Positions 42,566 through 52,706 of a DNA stretch of 64,000 bases are shown here, piece after piece; position 1 is the first letter of the stretch, and each line of letters begins with the position of its first letter. Both the position numbers and the translations under genes were made by a program. The notes under the pieces are model-generated. The model was not told where the DNA came from. It ran no database searches and saw only the letters and a program-made list of their open reading frames with translations. The DNA is from an uncultured Marivita sp. Lineage in GTDB: Bacteria > Pseudomonadota > Alphaproteobacteria > Rhodobacterales > Rhodobacteraceae. The stretch lies in contig NZ_CANKYW010000011.1 in NCBI RefSeq assembly GCF_947488135.1, positions 2,206 through 66,205 on the forward strand, read 5' to 3'.

Positions 42566-43456
42566 ATGGATATCGTTGATGAACTCAAGGCTTTCGTGGC
42601 CACAGCACGGACCGGCTCCTTCACCGCAGGGGCCGAGCAGCTGGGGGTTTCCAACCGCCTGACCTCGAAATACGTGGCCGAACTGGAGGCGCGCCTCGGC
42701 ACGCGATTGCTCCAGAGAACGACCCGGAAGGTGGGGCTGACGCCAGCCGGCGAGGATCTCCTCGCGCGGGCGCCAGCCATCCTCGATGAGCTCGATGCTC
42801 TCCTGGGTTCGGTGTCGGAGGGGTCGCGCGGCCTGAGCGGAATCATCCGGGTCTCGGCGCCAGTGACCTTCGGCGAAGTCTACGTGACCGGCATGCTGGC
42901 CCGGTTCGCCGAAGCGCACCCGGATCTGACGTTCGACCTGAGGCTGGACGATCGCTACGTCGACCTGGCCGCCGACGGCATCGACCTGGCGTTTCGAATG
43001 GGCGTGTCGGAGACGCTTTCACTCAAGACGCGCAAGCTCGGCACGTTTCATAGCTCACTGGTCGCGCATCCAGACTACGTGAATGAGCACGGCTACCCGC
43101 GAGCACCAGATGATCTCTCTCGGCACGCCTGCATTGTCGATACCAACCGACGCCAACCTCATAGGTGGACGTTCAGTAAGGACGGCACTGAGGTCGTCGC
43201 CCAGGTGCGGGGCCGGTTCCATGTGAATTCGGCCCGGGCGGCAATCGAGTTGGCCTCGGCCGGCATGGGGATTGCCTATGCGCCGCGGTTCGCGATCGCC
43301 GACATGCTGGACACTGACTGCCTCGTCCCACTGCTCGAGGATTTCGACATGGATGGGGGACCGGTTACCGTCGTCTATCTCGAAGGTCGGACCTTACCTC
43401 GAAAGATACGAACCCTCATCGACTTCGCTGCTGAGGATGTTCACGCCATGCCTTGA
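42566..43456 (+). CDS. LysR-family transcriptional regulator
   Basis: 296 aa. HTH FVATARTGSFTAGAEQLGVSNRLTSKYVAELE. Divergent from the oxidoreductase operon. Confidence 0.9.
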   Translation: MDIVDELKAFVATARTGSFTAGAEQLGVSNRLTSKYVAELEARLGTRLLQRTTRKVGLTPAGEDLLARAPAILDELDALLGSVSEGSRGLSGIIRVSAPVTFGEVYVTGMLARFAEAHPDLTFDLRLDDRYVDLAADGIDLAFRMGVSETLSLKTRKLGTFHSSLVAHPDYVNEHGYPRAPDDLSRHACIVDTNRRQPHRWTFSKDGTEVVAQVRGRFHVNSARAAIELASAGMGIAYAPRFAIADMLDTDCLVPLLEDFDMDGGPVTVVYLEGRTLPRKIRTLIDFAAEDVHAMP

Positions 43457-43729
43457 CGTGCCAAGAGAAGTAATTTTGGTCGGGTCAATAGCACCGACAT
43501 GAATGGCACCTTCGGGTAAGTTGTGACGCAGCGATAACCTGCCTGATGAAGGTCTGGTCTGGGCCGAACCGCGACATCGACCATGATACCGCCTTATTGT
43601 CCCTCATTCCGAACACGTCCGAAGCAGGTGTGTTCGCGATGCTGATACTATTTCATCGGCGTTCCGCAAGCCTACTTGCAGATATAAAGGAATCATGCAA
43701 GTATTCCTGCAAAGAGGATTGAAACTTGC

Positions 43730-44566
43730 ATGTCACTCATCGAAAAGATTTCTGACCAGGCGCCAAGCCTGACACCAAGCGAACGCCGGCTTGTCGAGAC
43801 GGTGATCGAAAGTCCGACAGTGGCGGCTCTGGGGACTGCGGGCGAATTGGCCAAGTCGGTTGGGGTTCACGAGGCGACCGCGTCGCGCCTGGCCAGGAAG
43901 TTGGGGTTCGACAGTTACTCGGCCTTCCGGGAGGCGCTGCGCGAGGAATTCATCGCCACCCGCGAAACCGCCACTCGGTTCGAAAAGACGATGGCGGGAA
44001 GTTCGTCGGACACGATCCTCGGCAAGCTGATGCAGGACGAAGCAAGAGCGCTGGCGCGGATCGAGGAGTTCATCAGCCCCGAGCAGATCACGACGGTCGC
44101 GGACTTGCTTATGGGCGCGCGCCGCATCTTCATCTATGGCTACGGCAATGCCGAAGTTCTGGCGCTGATGATGGTCAAGCGGTTCCGCCGGTTCGGTCGC
44201 GATGTACACCAGCTTGAAACCGACCCGCGCGGCATGGCCGAGCAGATGCTGGGGCTGGGTCAGGGAGATGTCATCCTGAGCTTCGCCTTCCGCCGTCCGC
44301 CGCGGGGCTACGTTGCGTTGATCGAGACGGCGCGCGAGGCCGGTGCGACCACGATCATGATTTCGGGCCAGTCGGGCGCGTTGCTTGCGCCCCGGCCCGA
44401 CCACCTTCTGGCCGCGCCGAGGTCGGGTGACCCCGACGCGTTTCAGACCCTGACCGTGCCGATGACGGTGTGCAATGCCATCGTCATCGCGGCCGGTCTC
44501 ACGGCGAAAGAGGAGTCGCTGAAGAAGCTCGAACGGCTGGGACAGCTGATCGAGCGGTTCGAATAA
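43730..44566 (+). CDS. RpiR/MurR-family regulator (HTH + SIS domain)
   Basis: 278 aa. N-terminal HTH (ELAKSVGVHEATASRLARKLGF). C-terminal SIS. Confidence 0.85.
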   Translation: MSLIEKISDQAPSLTPSERRLVETVIESPTVAALGTAGELAKSVGVHEATASRLARKLGFDSYSAFREALREEFIATRETATRFEKTMAGSSSDTILGKLMQDEARALARIEEFISPEQITTVADLLMGARRIFIYGYGNAEVLALMMVKRFRRFGRDVHQLETDPRGMAEQMLGLGQGDVILSFAFRRPPRGYVALIETAREAGATTIMISGQSGALLAPRPDHLLAAPRSGDPDAFQTLTVPMTVCNAIVIAAGLTAKEESLKKLERLGQLIERFE

Positions 44567-44589
44567 CGAAGGACCCAAGGGAGGATCAC

Positions 44590-45711
44590 ATGAAGGTTCT
44601 GACTGCAACGCGCCTCGGCGCGATCGGTATTCTCATGTCCACGGCCGCGCTGGCGCAGGACGATCTTGACACCATGACCCCGGAAGAGCTGCTGCCTCTG
44701 GCCCAGGAGGAAGGGACTGTCACGGTCTATTCCTTCACCAGCCGGATCGGCAGGGTGGAGACAGCCTTCGAGGAAGCCTATCCCGGCATCGACCTGCAGG
44801 GGTTCGACATCTCGTCGACCGAGCAGATCGCGCGCCTGACGGCAGAGGCGCAGGCCGGCGTGACGAATGCGGACATTATCTACGTCTCGGACGTGCCCGT
44901 TGTTCTGCCCGCGCTGCTTGAGGCCGGGATCATCGCCAACTACGTGCCGCCCCGTGTGGCCGATCGCGTTCCGGCCGAGTTCCAGTCGCCGCTTCTTGCG
45001 CAGCGCCTTTCAACCAAGGTCCTGATGTACAACGAGGAAGCCAACCCGGACGGCTCACCGGTGACGAACCTGTGGCAACTCACCACAGATGACTGGCGCG
45101 GCCGGGTCGTCATGGTCGATCCGCTACAGCGTGGCGACTACCTAGACCTGATGACGGAAATCGTGCTGCGCTCCGGTGAGATGGACGAGGCCTACGAGGC
45201 GCAGTTCGGGCAGGCCATCGATCTCGATGGGGCGGCGAATGCGGGTGAACGCTTCATCATGGACCTTTTCGCCAATGACCTGATCCTCGTTGGATCGACT
45301 GATGACGTGAACATCGCGGTCGGTGCAATCGGGCAGGAGAACCCGCCTGTTGGCTTCACCAGCTATTCGGACCGCCGCGACAATGAGGACGAGGGATGGG
45401 CGCTCCAGGTCGCGAACGGTGTCGAGCCCGCTCCGGGGATCATCTTCCCGGCGATTCTGGCCTTGTCTACCGAGCCGAACAACCCTGCTGCAGCGCGGTT
45501 GGTGATCGACTTCCTGATGGGAGACGAGACAGAGACCGGCGGTCCAGGCCTCGCGCCGTTCTATGTCGCAGGCGACTACGTAACCCGCACCGACATCCCT
45601 CCGCATCCCGACGCCGTGCCGCTCGACGATTTCACCGCCTGGCGGATCACCCCGGCGGAAACAGCCAAGATCCGCGCCGAGATCGGCGACCTGATCCTGA
45701 CCCTTCAGTAA
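44590..45711 (+). CDS. ABC transporter periplasmic substrate-binding protein
   Basis: 373 aa from ATG 44590 with signal peptide MKVLTATRLGAIGILMSTAALAQ. Fe3+/polyamine-type SBP appearance. Confidence 0.8.
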   Translation: MKVLTATRLGAIGILMSTAALAQDDLDTMTPEELLPLAQEEGTVTVYSFTSRIGRVETAFEEAYPGIDLQGFDISSTEQIARLTAEAQAGVTNADIIYVSDVPVVLPALLEAGIIANYVPPRVADRVPAEFQSPLLAQRLSTKVLMYNEEANPDGSPVTNLWQLTTDDWRGRVVMVDPLQRGDYLDLMTEIVLRSGEMDEAYEAQFGQAIDLDGAANAGERFIMDLFANDLILVGSTDDVNIAVGAIGQENPPVGFTSYSDRRDNEDEGWALQVANGVEPAPGIIFPAILALSTEPNNPAAARLVIDFLMGDETETGGPGLAPFYVAGDYVTRTDIPPHPDAVPLDDFTAWRITPAETAKIRAEIGDLILTLQ

Positions 45712-45794
45712 ACGGGGCCTCCCTGGTGGGGGCGGGCGTGACGTAGCGACCGCCCCCGCATTATCATGATTTTAATCTACAGAGGTGACCTCGG

Positions 45795-47540
45795 ATGGTG
45801 GATACAGCCATGAGTGGGCAGGGACGGCGCGTGTTCTTTCGACAGGGAACCGTCCTGAAGACAATGGTTCTGGCGATCCTGATCGCACTGATCGTTCTGC
45901 CCCTCCTCAGAACCGTGCTCTTCACGTTGCAGCCCGGCACAGTCGGCGCCTGGTCGGATGTGCTCGTTGGACGGCTCTCGACCAACCTCTTCTACAAGCC
46001 GCTCGGCAACACGCTGCTCATCGGTGTCGTTGTGTCAGCGGGCTGCGTGCTCATCGGTGGATTTCTGGCCTGGCTTGTTGTGATGACGAACGTTCCCTTC
46101 CGCAAGACTATCGGCGTGATGGCGACGCTGCCGTTCATGATTCCATCCTTCGCCGCGGCGCTGGCTTGGGGATCGCTTTTTCGCAATGATCGCGTCGGCG
46201 GTCAGGTCGGCTGGTTGCAGGGCTTGGGCGCAGACATCCCCAATTGGCTGGCCTGGGGCATGGTGCCGACCCTGATCGTTTTGACGCTGCACTATTTCAG
46301 TCTTGCCTTCACGATCATCGCCGCCGCGCTGGCGACCGTGAACTCGGACCTCGTCGAGGCAGCCCAGATTGCTGGTGCCAAGGGGAGGCGCATCCTGATG
46401 GGGATCATCCTGCCAGTGACGACGCCAGCGATGGTAGCCGCCGGGTCGCTCTGCTTCGCCGGAGCGGTGTCGAACTTTGCGACGCCTGCGCTTCTTGGAC
46501 TGCCGGTCCGGATGCAGACTCTCTCTACCCGGCTTTTCGGTATGATCGAGGTGGGGCAGGTCGGACGCGGCTATGTCATCGGCATCCTACTGGTGCTGAT
46601 CTCGGGCGCCTTCCTCTGGGCGGGGAACCGCATCGTCTCAGGGCGGCGTTCCTACGCCACGATCACCGGCAAGGGCGGGCGGGCCAAGCGCTTCGACCTG
46701 CGCAGTGCGCGCTGGCCGCTCTTCGCGGTGGCGATGGTAATCCTTCTTAGTTCCACAGTCGTGCCGGTCATCGTGCTGACCGCATCGAGCCTCGCGCCCT
46801 CTTCGGCCAATCTCTTCTCGGACTGGACGCTGCACTACTGGATCGGGCAGAGCGACCCGTCCTTCGCCCAGGGCATCCCGGGCATCGCCTACAACGAGGA
46901 TATCGTGCGCGCACTGACGATCACCCTTGCCCTCGGCTTCGCCGTCGCTTTCACCGGCATGGTCGTGGGGCTCCTGGCCTCCTACACAACGGCGCGTTAC
47001 CGCGAGGGGTGGATGTCGGCCGCCATCACGCAGGTGAGCTTCCTGCCGCTTCTGGTGCCCGGGATCGCCTTCGGCGCGGCCTATATCGCCTATCTCGGTG
47101 CGCCCATCGGACCCTTCCCGGCGCTCTACGGCACTTTCGCGCTGCTGGTCATCGCCGCCACGGCCTACCTGTTGCCGTTTTCAGTGCAGACGGGGCGCGC
47201 CGTGATCCAGCAGGTTGGCGGAGAGCTTGAGGAGTCGGCCCGCATCACCGGGGCGAGTTTCGCCCGCAGGCTGACGCAGATCACCGTGCCGCTGGCGATC
47301 CGGGGTCTGGCGGCAGGCGGTATCCTGATCTTCGTCAAGATCATCCGCGACCTATCGCTCGTTGTACTTCTGTTCACCCCGACGATGCCGGTCCTGTCGG
47401 TGCTGGCCTACCGCTATGCGTCGGAAGGCTTCGGCCAGTTCGCCAACGCAATCACGGTCGTGATCCTGTTCCTCTCCATTGCCGCGACGCTCATCGCGAA
47501 CCGGCTGCAATCGAAATCCCAGCCCTGGCTGCAAAACTGA
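45795..47540 (+). CDS. ABC transporter permease (fused double permease)
   Basis: 581 aa, about 12 TM helices. Two EAA-like loops (EAAQIAGA, EESARITGA). Start uncertain. Confidence 0.85.
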   Translation: MVDTAMSGQGRRVFFRQGTVLKTMVLAILIALIVLPLLRTVLFTLQPGTVGAWSDVLVGRLSTNLFYKPLGNTLLIGVVVSAGCVLIGGFLAWLVVMTNVPFRKTIGVMATLPFMIPSFAAALAWGSLFRNDRVGGQVGWLQGLGADIPNWLAWGMVPTLIVLTLHYFSLAFTIIAAALATVNSDLVEAAQIAGAKGRRILMGIILPVTTPAMVAAGSLCFAGAVSNFATPALLGLPVRMQTLSTRLFGMIEVGQVGRGYVIGILLVLISGAFLWAGNRIVSGRRSYATITGKGGRAKRFDLRSARWPLFAVAMVILLSSTVVPVIVLTASSLAPSSANLFSDWTLHYWIGQSDPSFAQGIPGIAYNEDIVRALTITLALGFAVAFTGMVVGLLASYTTARYREGWMSAAITQVSFLPLLVPGIAFGAAYIAYLGAPIGPFPALYGTFALLVIAATAYLLPFSVQTGRAVIQQVGGELEESARITGASFARRLTQITVPLAIRGLAAGGILIFVKIIRDLSLVVLLFTPTMPVLSVLAYRYASEGFGQFANAITVVILFLSIAATLIANRLQSKSQPWLQN

Positions 47541-47549
47541 GGGTATCCC

Positions 47550-48608
47550 ATGCTGGAAATCCAAAACCTCGTGAAACGCTTCGGCTCGTTCGAAGCGGTC
47601 AAGGACGTCTCGATCTCCGTCCCCGACGGCGCATTTCTCGTGCTGCTCGGACCGTCGGGCTGCGGCAAGACTACGCTCTTGCGCATGTTGTCGGGGCTCG
47701 AACTGCCTTCGGCGGGGCAGATCGTTTTCGACGGCCAAACCGTTTCGGACGGTGATCGCAATTGGTCTGTCGATCCGGCCAAGCGCAATTCAGGCCTCGT
47801 CTTCCAGTCCTACGCGCTCTGGCCGCACATGTCTGTCCAGGGGAATGTCGAATGGCCGCTCAAGGTCATGAAGATGCCCAAGGCCGAGCGCGCTGCGCGG
47901 GTCGCCGAGGTGCTGAAGCTTCTCGACATTGGACAACTGGCCGACCGTTACCCGAACGAGATCTCCGGCGGCCAGCAGCAGCGCGTGGCCATCGCGCGGA
48001 CCATCGCGCCGAAGCCGTCGGTGCTGCTCTTCGACGAACCGCTCTCGAACCTCGACGCCAAGCTTCGGGTCGAGATGCGGACCGAGTTGATGAAGCTTCA
48101 TCGCGCGACGGGCGCGACAACCGTCTACGTGACCCACGACCAGATCGAGGCGATGACCATGGCGACCCATGTCGCGGTGATGAACCAGGGGCGTGTCCAG
48201 CAGTTCGGCACGCCCGCCGACCTCGTCGATCATCCCGAGACGGCCTTCGTCGCCACCTTTGTCGGCACGCCGCCCAACAACATGGTGCCGGTTGTGAAGA
48301 ACGGTACCGGCTACAAGGTCGGGGGGCGCCACATGCCCGTGATTCCGCCAGCCGATGACTGCCTGGCGATGTACCGCGCCGAAAAGATGACCCTGAGTGA
48401 GACAGAGGGCGAAACGACCCTCCCGATGGAATTGGTCGAAACGAGCGCCATCGCGGGGCGCACGATGGTCACGGGACTTCGTGATGGCCTGCGTCTGACC
48501 GCCATCGTCGACCGTCCGCCCGCGGCCCGGATCGGCGAGACGGTCCAGTTCCGTCTGCCCGAGCGGCCGGATAGCTGGTTTGGGCCCGACGGCGAGAGGA
48601 TCGGCTGA
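47550..48608 (+). CDS. ABC transporter ATP-binding protein (PotA/MalK-like)
   Basis: 352 aa. GPSGCGKTT, LSGGQQQRVAIAR, LLFDEPLSNLD. Confidence 0.9.
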   Translation: MLEIQNLVKRFGSFEAVKDVSISVPDGAFLVLLGPSGCGKTTLLRMLSGLELPSAGQIVFDGQTVSDGDRNWSVDPAKRNSGLVFQSYALWPHMSVQGNVEWPLKVMKMPKAERAARVAEVLKLLDIGQLADRYPNEISGGQQQRVAIARTIAPKPSVLLFDEPLSNLDAKLRVEMRTELMKLHRATGATTVYVTHDQIEAMTMATHVAVMNQGRVQQFGTPADLVDHPETAFVATFVGTPPNNMVPVVKNGTGYKVGGRHMPVIPPADDCLAMYRAEKMTLSETEGETTLPMELVETSAIAGRTMVTGLRDGLRLTAIVDRPPAARIGETVQFRLPERPDSWFGPDGERIG

Positions 48609-49207
48609 TGCGGCTGCTTCTCGTGCGCCATGGGCAATCGGAATGGAACGCGGACCATCGGTTGCAAGGTCAAGCCGATATCGGCCTGTCAGACGTGGGC
48701 AGGGCGCAGGCAGACGCCCTGCGGCCGGTTTTCGAGAAGATCGGCCCTTGCCGCACTGTGGCGTCCGATCTCAAGCGTGTCCGCGAAACCGCCGCACGCA
48801 TCGGTGCCGAGGCGCCCCGCCACACGATGGGTCTGCGCGAGATCGACGTCGGAGACTGGACGGGTCGTCCGATCGCGGAGATCGTGGCCGAAGACGAGGC
48901 AGCTTATCTCGGTTGGCGCGCCGGAACCGTTGCGCCACCCCGCGGAGAGGCATGGGGCGACTTCGTATCGCGCGTCTCGGGGATCATCGAGCGGGAGCGG
49001 GAGAACCCTTGCGAGAACCTCCTCGTGGTCTGCCATGGAGGCGTGATCCGGGCGCTGCTCCAGAACTACGTCGGACTGGCACCCGCCCACATCATCCCTG
49101 TCGCCCCGGCAAGCCTTAGCGCGTTGCGCCTCGGCAACGGAAAGCCGCCGCGGCTCGAACTCTTCAATTACCGCCCCAACGATCTGGATTTCGGGGCACC
49201 CGACTGA
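48608..49207 (+). CDS. Histidine phosphatase family protein
   Basis: 199 aa. RHGQSEWN catalytic motif, CHGGVIRA. ATGA-type overlaps at both ends. Confidence 0.8.
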   Translation: MRLLLVRHGQSEWNADHRLQGQADIGLSDVGRAQADALRPVFEKIGPCRTVASDLKRVRETAARIGAEAPRHTMGLREIDVGDWTGRPIAEIVAEDEAAYLGWRAGTVAPPRGEAWGDFVSRVSGIIERERENPCENLLVVCHGGVIRALLQNYVGLAPAHIIPVAPASLSALRLGNGKPPRLELFNYRPNDLDFGAPD

Positions 49208-50121
49208 TGGGTCTGGATATCCTGTTTCTCAGCATCGGCGGCGCCTTGCTGTTCTACGGCGGTGACTGGTTGGTGGACGGTATCGAGGGGATCGCTGCGA
49301 AGTATCGACTCCCGCCCGTCCTCGTGGCGTTCGTGGTCATGGGGTTTGGAACCTCCGCACCAGAATTCTTTGTCGCGGTGGAGGCCACTCTGTCGGGCGC
49401 GCCCGACATCGCGATGGGAAACGTTGTCGGCAGCAACATCGCAAATCTGCTCCTGGTGCTTGCGGTAACGGCCCTGATCATGCCGCTGGCCATCGACCGA
49501 AACGTCCTTCGGATCGATGGCGGCGCGATGCTGTTGTCCGCCCTGGCGCTCGGTGCGGTCGCAGCGGACGGTATGGTTTCTAGGAGCGACGCACTCCTTT
49601 TGATTGCAGGGATGCTCGGCTACCTTGGTTTTCGATACTGGACGCTTCCGATGACGGCCACGGTGGATCATGATCCAGCGCAGGGTTATTCTGCATCGGT
49701 TTTCAGATGTGTCACGGCGCTGGTTGCCTTGCCAGCTGGCGCCTATCTTTTCATCGACGGCGCGGTCGGAATTGCAAAACTAGTTGGAGTGTCTGAAACG
49801 ATAATCGGACTGACCGTCGTGGCACTCGGGACATCGTTGCCGGAAATGGCATCCTGCGTGGCGGCGGCCTTGCGAAGAAAGTCCGACATGGTTCTCCGCG
49901 GCATCCTCGGGAGTAACGTCTTCAACGGCACCATTGTCTTGGGAAGTGCCGCTCTGGCCGTTCCTCTGCCGGTTTCGCCAGACTTCACGGGGTTCTGGAT
50001 CCCGGTGATGCTTGTCGGTTCCGTGATAACTCTGATCTTCCTTAGGTCCGGGTTCGTGCTAAGCCGTCGCGAGGCCTCGATCATGCTCATTGGATATTTC
50101 GCGGTGTTTCTGTCCATTTGA
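49207..50121 (+). CDS. Ca2+/Na+ antiporter (CaCA/YrbG family)
   Basis: 304 aa. Alpha-repeats GTSAPEF and GTSLPEM. Confidence 0.85.
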   Translation: MGLDILFLSIGGALLFYGGDWLVDGIEGIAAKYRLPPVLVAFVVMGFGTSAPEFFVAVEATLSGAPDIAMGNVVGSNIANLLLVLAVTALIMPLAIDRNVLRIDGGAMLLSALALGAVAADGMVSRSDALLLIAGMLGYLGFRYWTLPMTATVDHDPAQGYSASVFRCVTALVALPAGAYLFIDGAVGIAKLVGVSETIIGLTVVALGTSLPEMASCVAAALRRKSDMVLRGILGSNVFNGTIVLGSAALAVPLPVSPDFTGFWIPVMLVGSVITLIFLRSGFVLSRREASIMLIGYFAVFLSI

Positions 50122-50597
50122 CTTGCGAAAGTCGGGATTTGCAGGCTGAAGCATGAGCCAAAGACATTTTCTTGGGCGCGTTGCACGACAATGGGACGCA
50201 TTGTCGCGTTCTAGACGTCTCTGTAAATTCGATACCTCTCCAATGTCCGCTATGGGGGCTGCACATGCAGCATACATCGCCGTTGTTGAAAGTCGGCTTT
50301 GGGCCGGCCAGGGCGTGAACGCGGACGTGCTTCTCTGTATTGGCCGGAAGTCCCTTATGGGCCGATCAGGAAAGGGTCTTAACTATCGTTCGATTTGATG
50401 GGGTCGATACTTGTTTTGTACCGTCGACTTTTTGGCGCATAGCTGGGTCAATGGGTGCTTTGAGCGGGGCCAGTCATCACGGCTTGCCCAGAATGCCTTT
50501 CCGCAACTTTCCCTTTCGACCTTTCGAAGTGTAAAACCTATCGGTCGGCTTAGGTCCGAATGACCAAGTTAATTCGATGCAGTTGAAGGCTCGCTCT

Positions 50598-51968
50598 CTA
50601 ACGCAGGATCGTGGTTATGCCAGGGAACGCAACGAGAACGCCGACTGCAAGGATCTGAAGCCCGATGAAGGGAAGGAGTGCGCGGAAGATCTCTCCCAGT
50701 GAAATGTCCGGCGGCGCCACGGATTTGAGGTAGAAAGCCGCGGGACCAAAGGGTGGTGACAGGAAGCTCACCTGCATGTTCATAGCGAAAAGAACGCCGA
50801 ACCAGATCGGGTCATAGCCGAGTTCCTTCACGATCGGAACGAAGATCGGAACCGTCAGAAGCGCGATGCCTACCCAGTCGAGGAACATGCCGAGGACGAA
50901 TAGCACCAGCATCATGAAGATTATGATGATCGTCGGATTCTCGGAGATGCCTGTGATCATCGACTGGACGAAGCGCAGGCCACCCATGAGGTTGAATACC
51001 CCGACCAGTGCCGTGGCTCCAATGCCGATCCACACGATCATGCCGACCGTCGCGAGGGTCTGCTTTGCCGCGCCGGAAAGCAGCGACCAGGTGAATTCGC
51101 CCCGGATAATTGTCGAGAGCGTGACACCGAGCACGCCCACAGCGGATGCTTCGGTCACCGACGCGATACCGCCGTAGATCGAACCCAGAACGAAGATCAC
51201 AACGAGGACCGGCAGGAAGACCCCCTTCAGCAGGCGGAGTTTCTCCTCACGCGGGATCGACCCCGCTTCGGGGATCGGGGCGACGCTGTGATCGGAATAG
51301 GCGCGCACGAGGACATAAGCCACGTAGAATCCCGCCAGCATCAGCCCCGGCAGGAAAGAGGCTGTGAACAGCTCTCCGATGGAAACGTTCGCCGACAGCC
51401 CGTAGATGATGAGAACGATCGACGGCGGCACCATCGTGCCGAGCGCGCCGCCTGCACAGCAGACACCGATGGCCAGCCGCCGGTCGTAGCCGAGCCGCAA
51501 CATTTGCGGCAAGGCGATCACACCCAAAAGGACGACCTCGCCACCGATGATGCCGGACATCGCGGCCAGGATCACGGCCACGATCAAAGTCTGGATCGCG
51601 ATCCCGCCGCGCAGGCGTCCGCCGACCATCCGCATCGCGTCGAAAAGGTCACGCGCGATGCCCGAGCGGTCGAGGATCGCGGCCATCAGAACAAACATCG
51701 GGACCGAGACGAAAACGAAGGAATTGACGAAGGAAAAGATCCGGCTGCCGATCAGCGAAATCCCGGCCGGACCGAACCAGCCCAAGAGGAAGATCAAGGC
51801 CACCAGCAGCGTCACGAACGCCAGAGGCATTCCCGTCAGCAGGAGCAGCATCAGCATCGCGAACATTACGATGGTGGCGATCTCGATACCCCATTCCTTC
51901 ATGTCGGGCAGAAGGTAGGACAGCGCCACGAGCAGAGACTCGGCGCCGGATGTCAGCAGGTCGATCAT
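50598..51968 (-). CDS. dctM: TRAP transporter large permease
   Basis: 456 aa from ATG 51968. ATGA overlap with dctQ. Polytopic membrane protein typical of DctM. Confidence 0.9.
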   Translation of the reverse strand: MIDLLTSGAESLLVALSYLLPDMKEWGIEIATIVMFAMLMLLLLTGMPLAFVTLLVALIFLLGWFGPAGISLIGSRIFSFVNSFVFVSVPMFVLMAAILDRSGIARDLFDAMRMVGGRLRGGIAIQTLIVAVILAAMSGIIGGEVVLLGVIALPQMLRLGYDRRLAIGVCCAGGALGTMVPPSIVLIIYGLSANVSIGELFTASFLPGLMLAGFYVAYVLVRAYSDHSVAPIPEAGSIPREEKLRLLKGVFLPVLVVIFVLGSIYGGIASVTEASAVGVLGVTLSTIIRGEFTWSLLSGAAKQTLATVGMIVWIGIGATALVGVFNLMGGLRFVQSMITGISENPTIIIIFMMLVLFVLGMFLDWVGIALLTVPIFVPIVKELGYDPIWFGVLFAMNMQVSFLSPPFGPAAFYLKSVAPPDISLGEIFRALLPFIGLQILAVGVLVAFPGITTILR

Positions 51969-52519
51969 GTGTTGCGCCCCCGCGCGTAGCCCCAGGCGAG
52001 CCGTGCGAATTGCAGCGTCAGCAGCACCATGATGATGAAAAGAAAGAGCTTCACGAGGCCCGGTGTCGGCGGGTTCCAGGCGCTTCCGGTGGTGTCGAAA
52101 CGAAAGCTGCCGCTCGGCGTGAACATCGCCGACTCCGCTACCTGCCACGAGGCAAGAGCGAAGATCGCGCAGGCCACCGCATTCACGATCGAAAGCACAA
52201 TGTTCAGCGCGCGCCGGGCACCCGGAGAGAGCGCGTCGTAGATCAACACGACCCGGATATGCCGGTCCCGCGAGGCCACGTAGAGGCCGCCGAAAAGAAA
52301 GGTGACGGCAGTGAGGAAGATCACGCTCTCATGGCCCCAGATCGTCGGCCGATTGAAGCCATAGCGCAACGCAACCTCGATGATCAGGATGACGGCCGAC
52401 GCGAGGATGGCCAAGGCGAAGACACCGCCCAAAGCGTTGACGGCGCGTCCGAGCGCGCCCGCCTCGGGTATCGCGCCGGGATCATCGTGCGCCGGGGTTT
52501 CCGGTGTGGTGTCGTCCAT
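51965..52519 (-). CDS. dctQ: TRAP transporter small permease
   Basis: 184 aa from ATG 52519 (GGGAGGAA RBS). Four TM helices. Confidence 0.8.
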   Translation of the reverse strand: MDDTTPETPAHDDPGAIPEAGALGRAVNALGGVFALAILASAVILIIEVALRYGFNRPTIWGHESVIFLTAVTFLFGGLYVASRDRHIRVVLIYDALSPGARRALNIVLSIVNAVACAIFALASWQVAESAMFTPSGSFRFDTTGSAWNPPTPGLVKLFLFIIMVLLTLQFARLAWGYARGRNT

Positions 52520-52706
52520 GTGTTCCTCCCCATCGCACTGTCGGTGTTGCTTACCCTTCGGGCAAAGGCCAGTTGCGCAGGACATTTGTCGAAGGCAGCG
52601 AAAATGCCGTCGTCGGCCTCGTACGCATCGAGCGTTGTGCGGTCGCCAGTTTTGGCATGACGTTCCGGAAAGGCGCCCGGTTCCGGGCACCTTTCCAGTG
52701 CTTCGA

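Noticed and set aside
45728-45757. 8-bp GC stem (GGGGGCGG / CCGCCCCC) after the SBP gene as an intrinsic terminator.
   Set aside because: It has no U-tract and a 14-nt loop. At best it is an intra-operon attenuator or mRNA-stability element, and this is not supportable from sequence alone.
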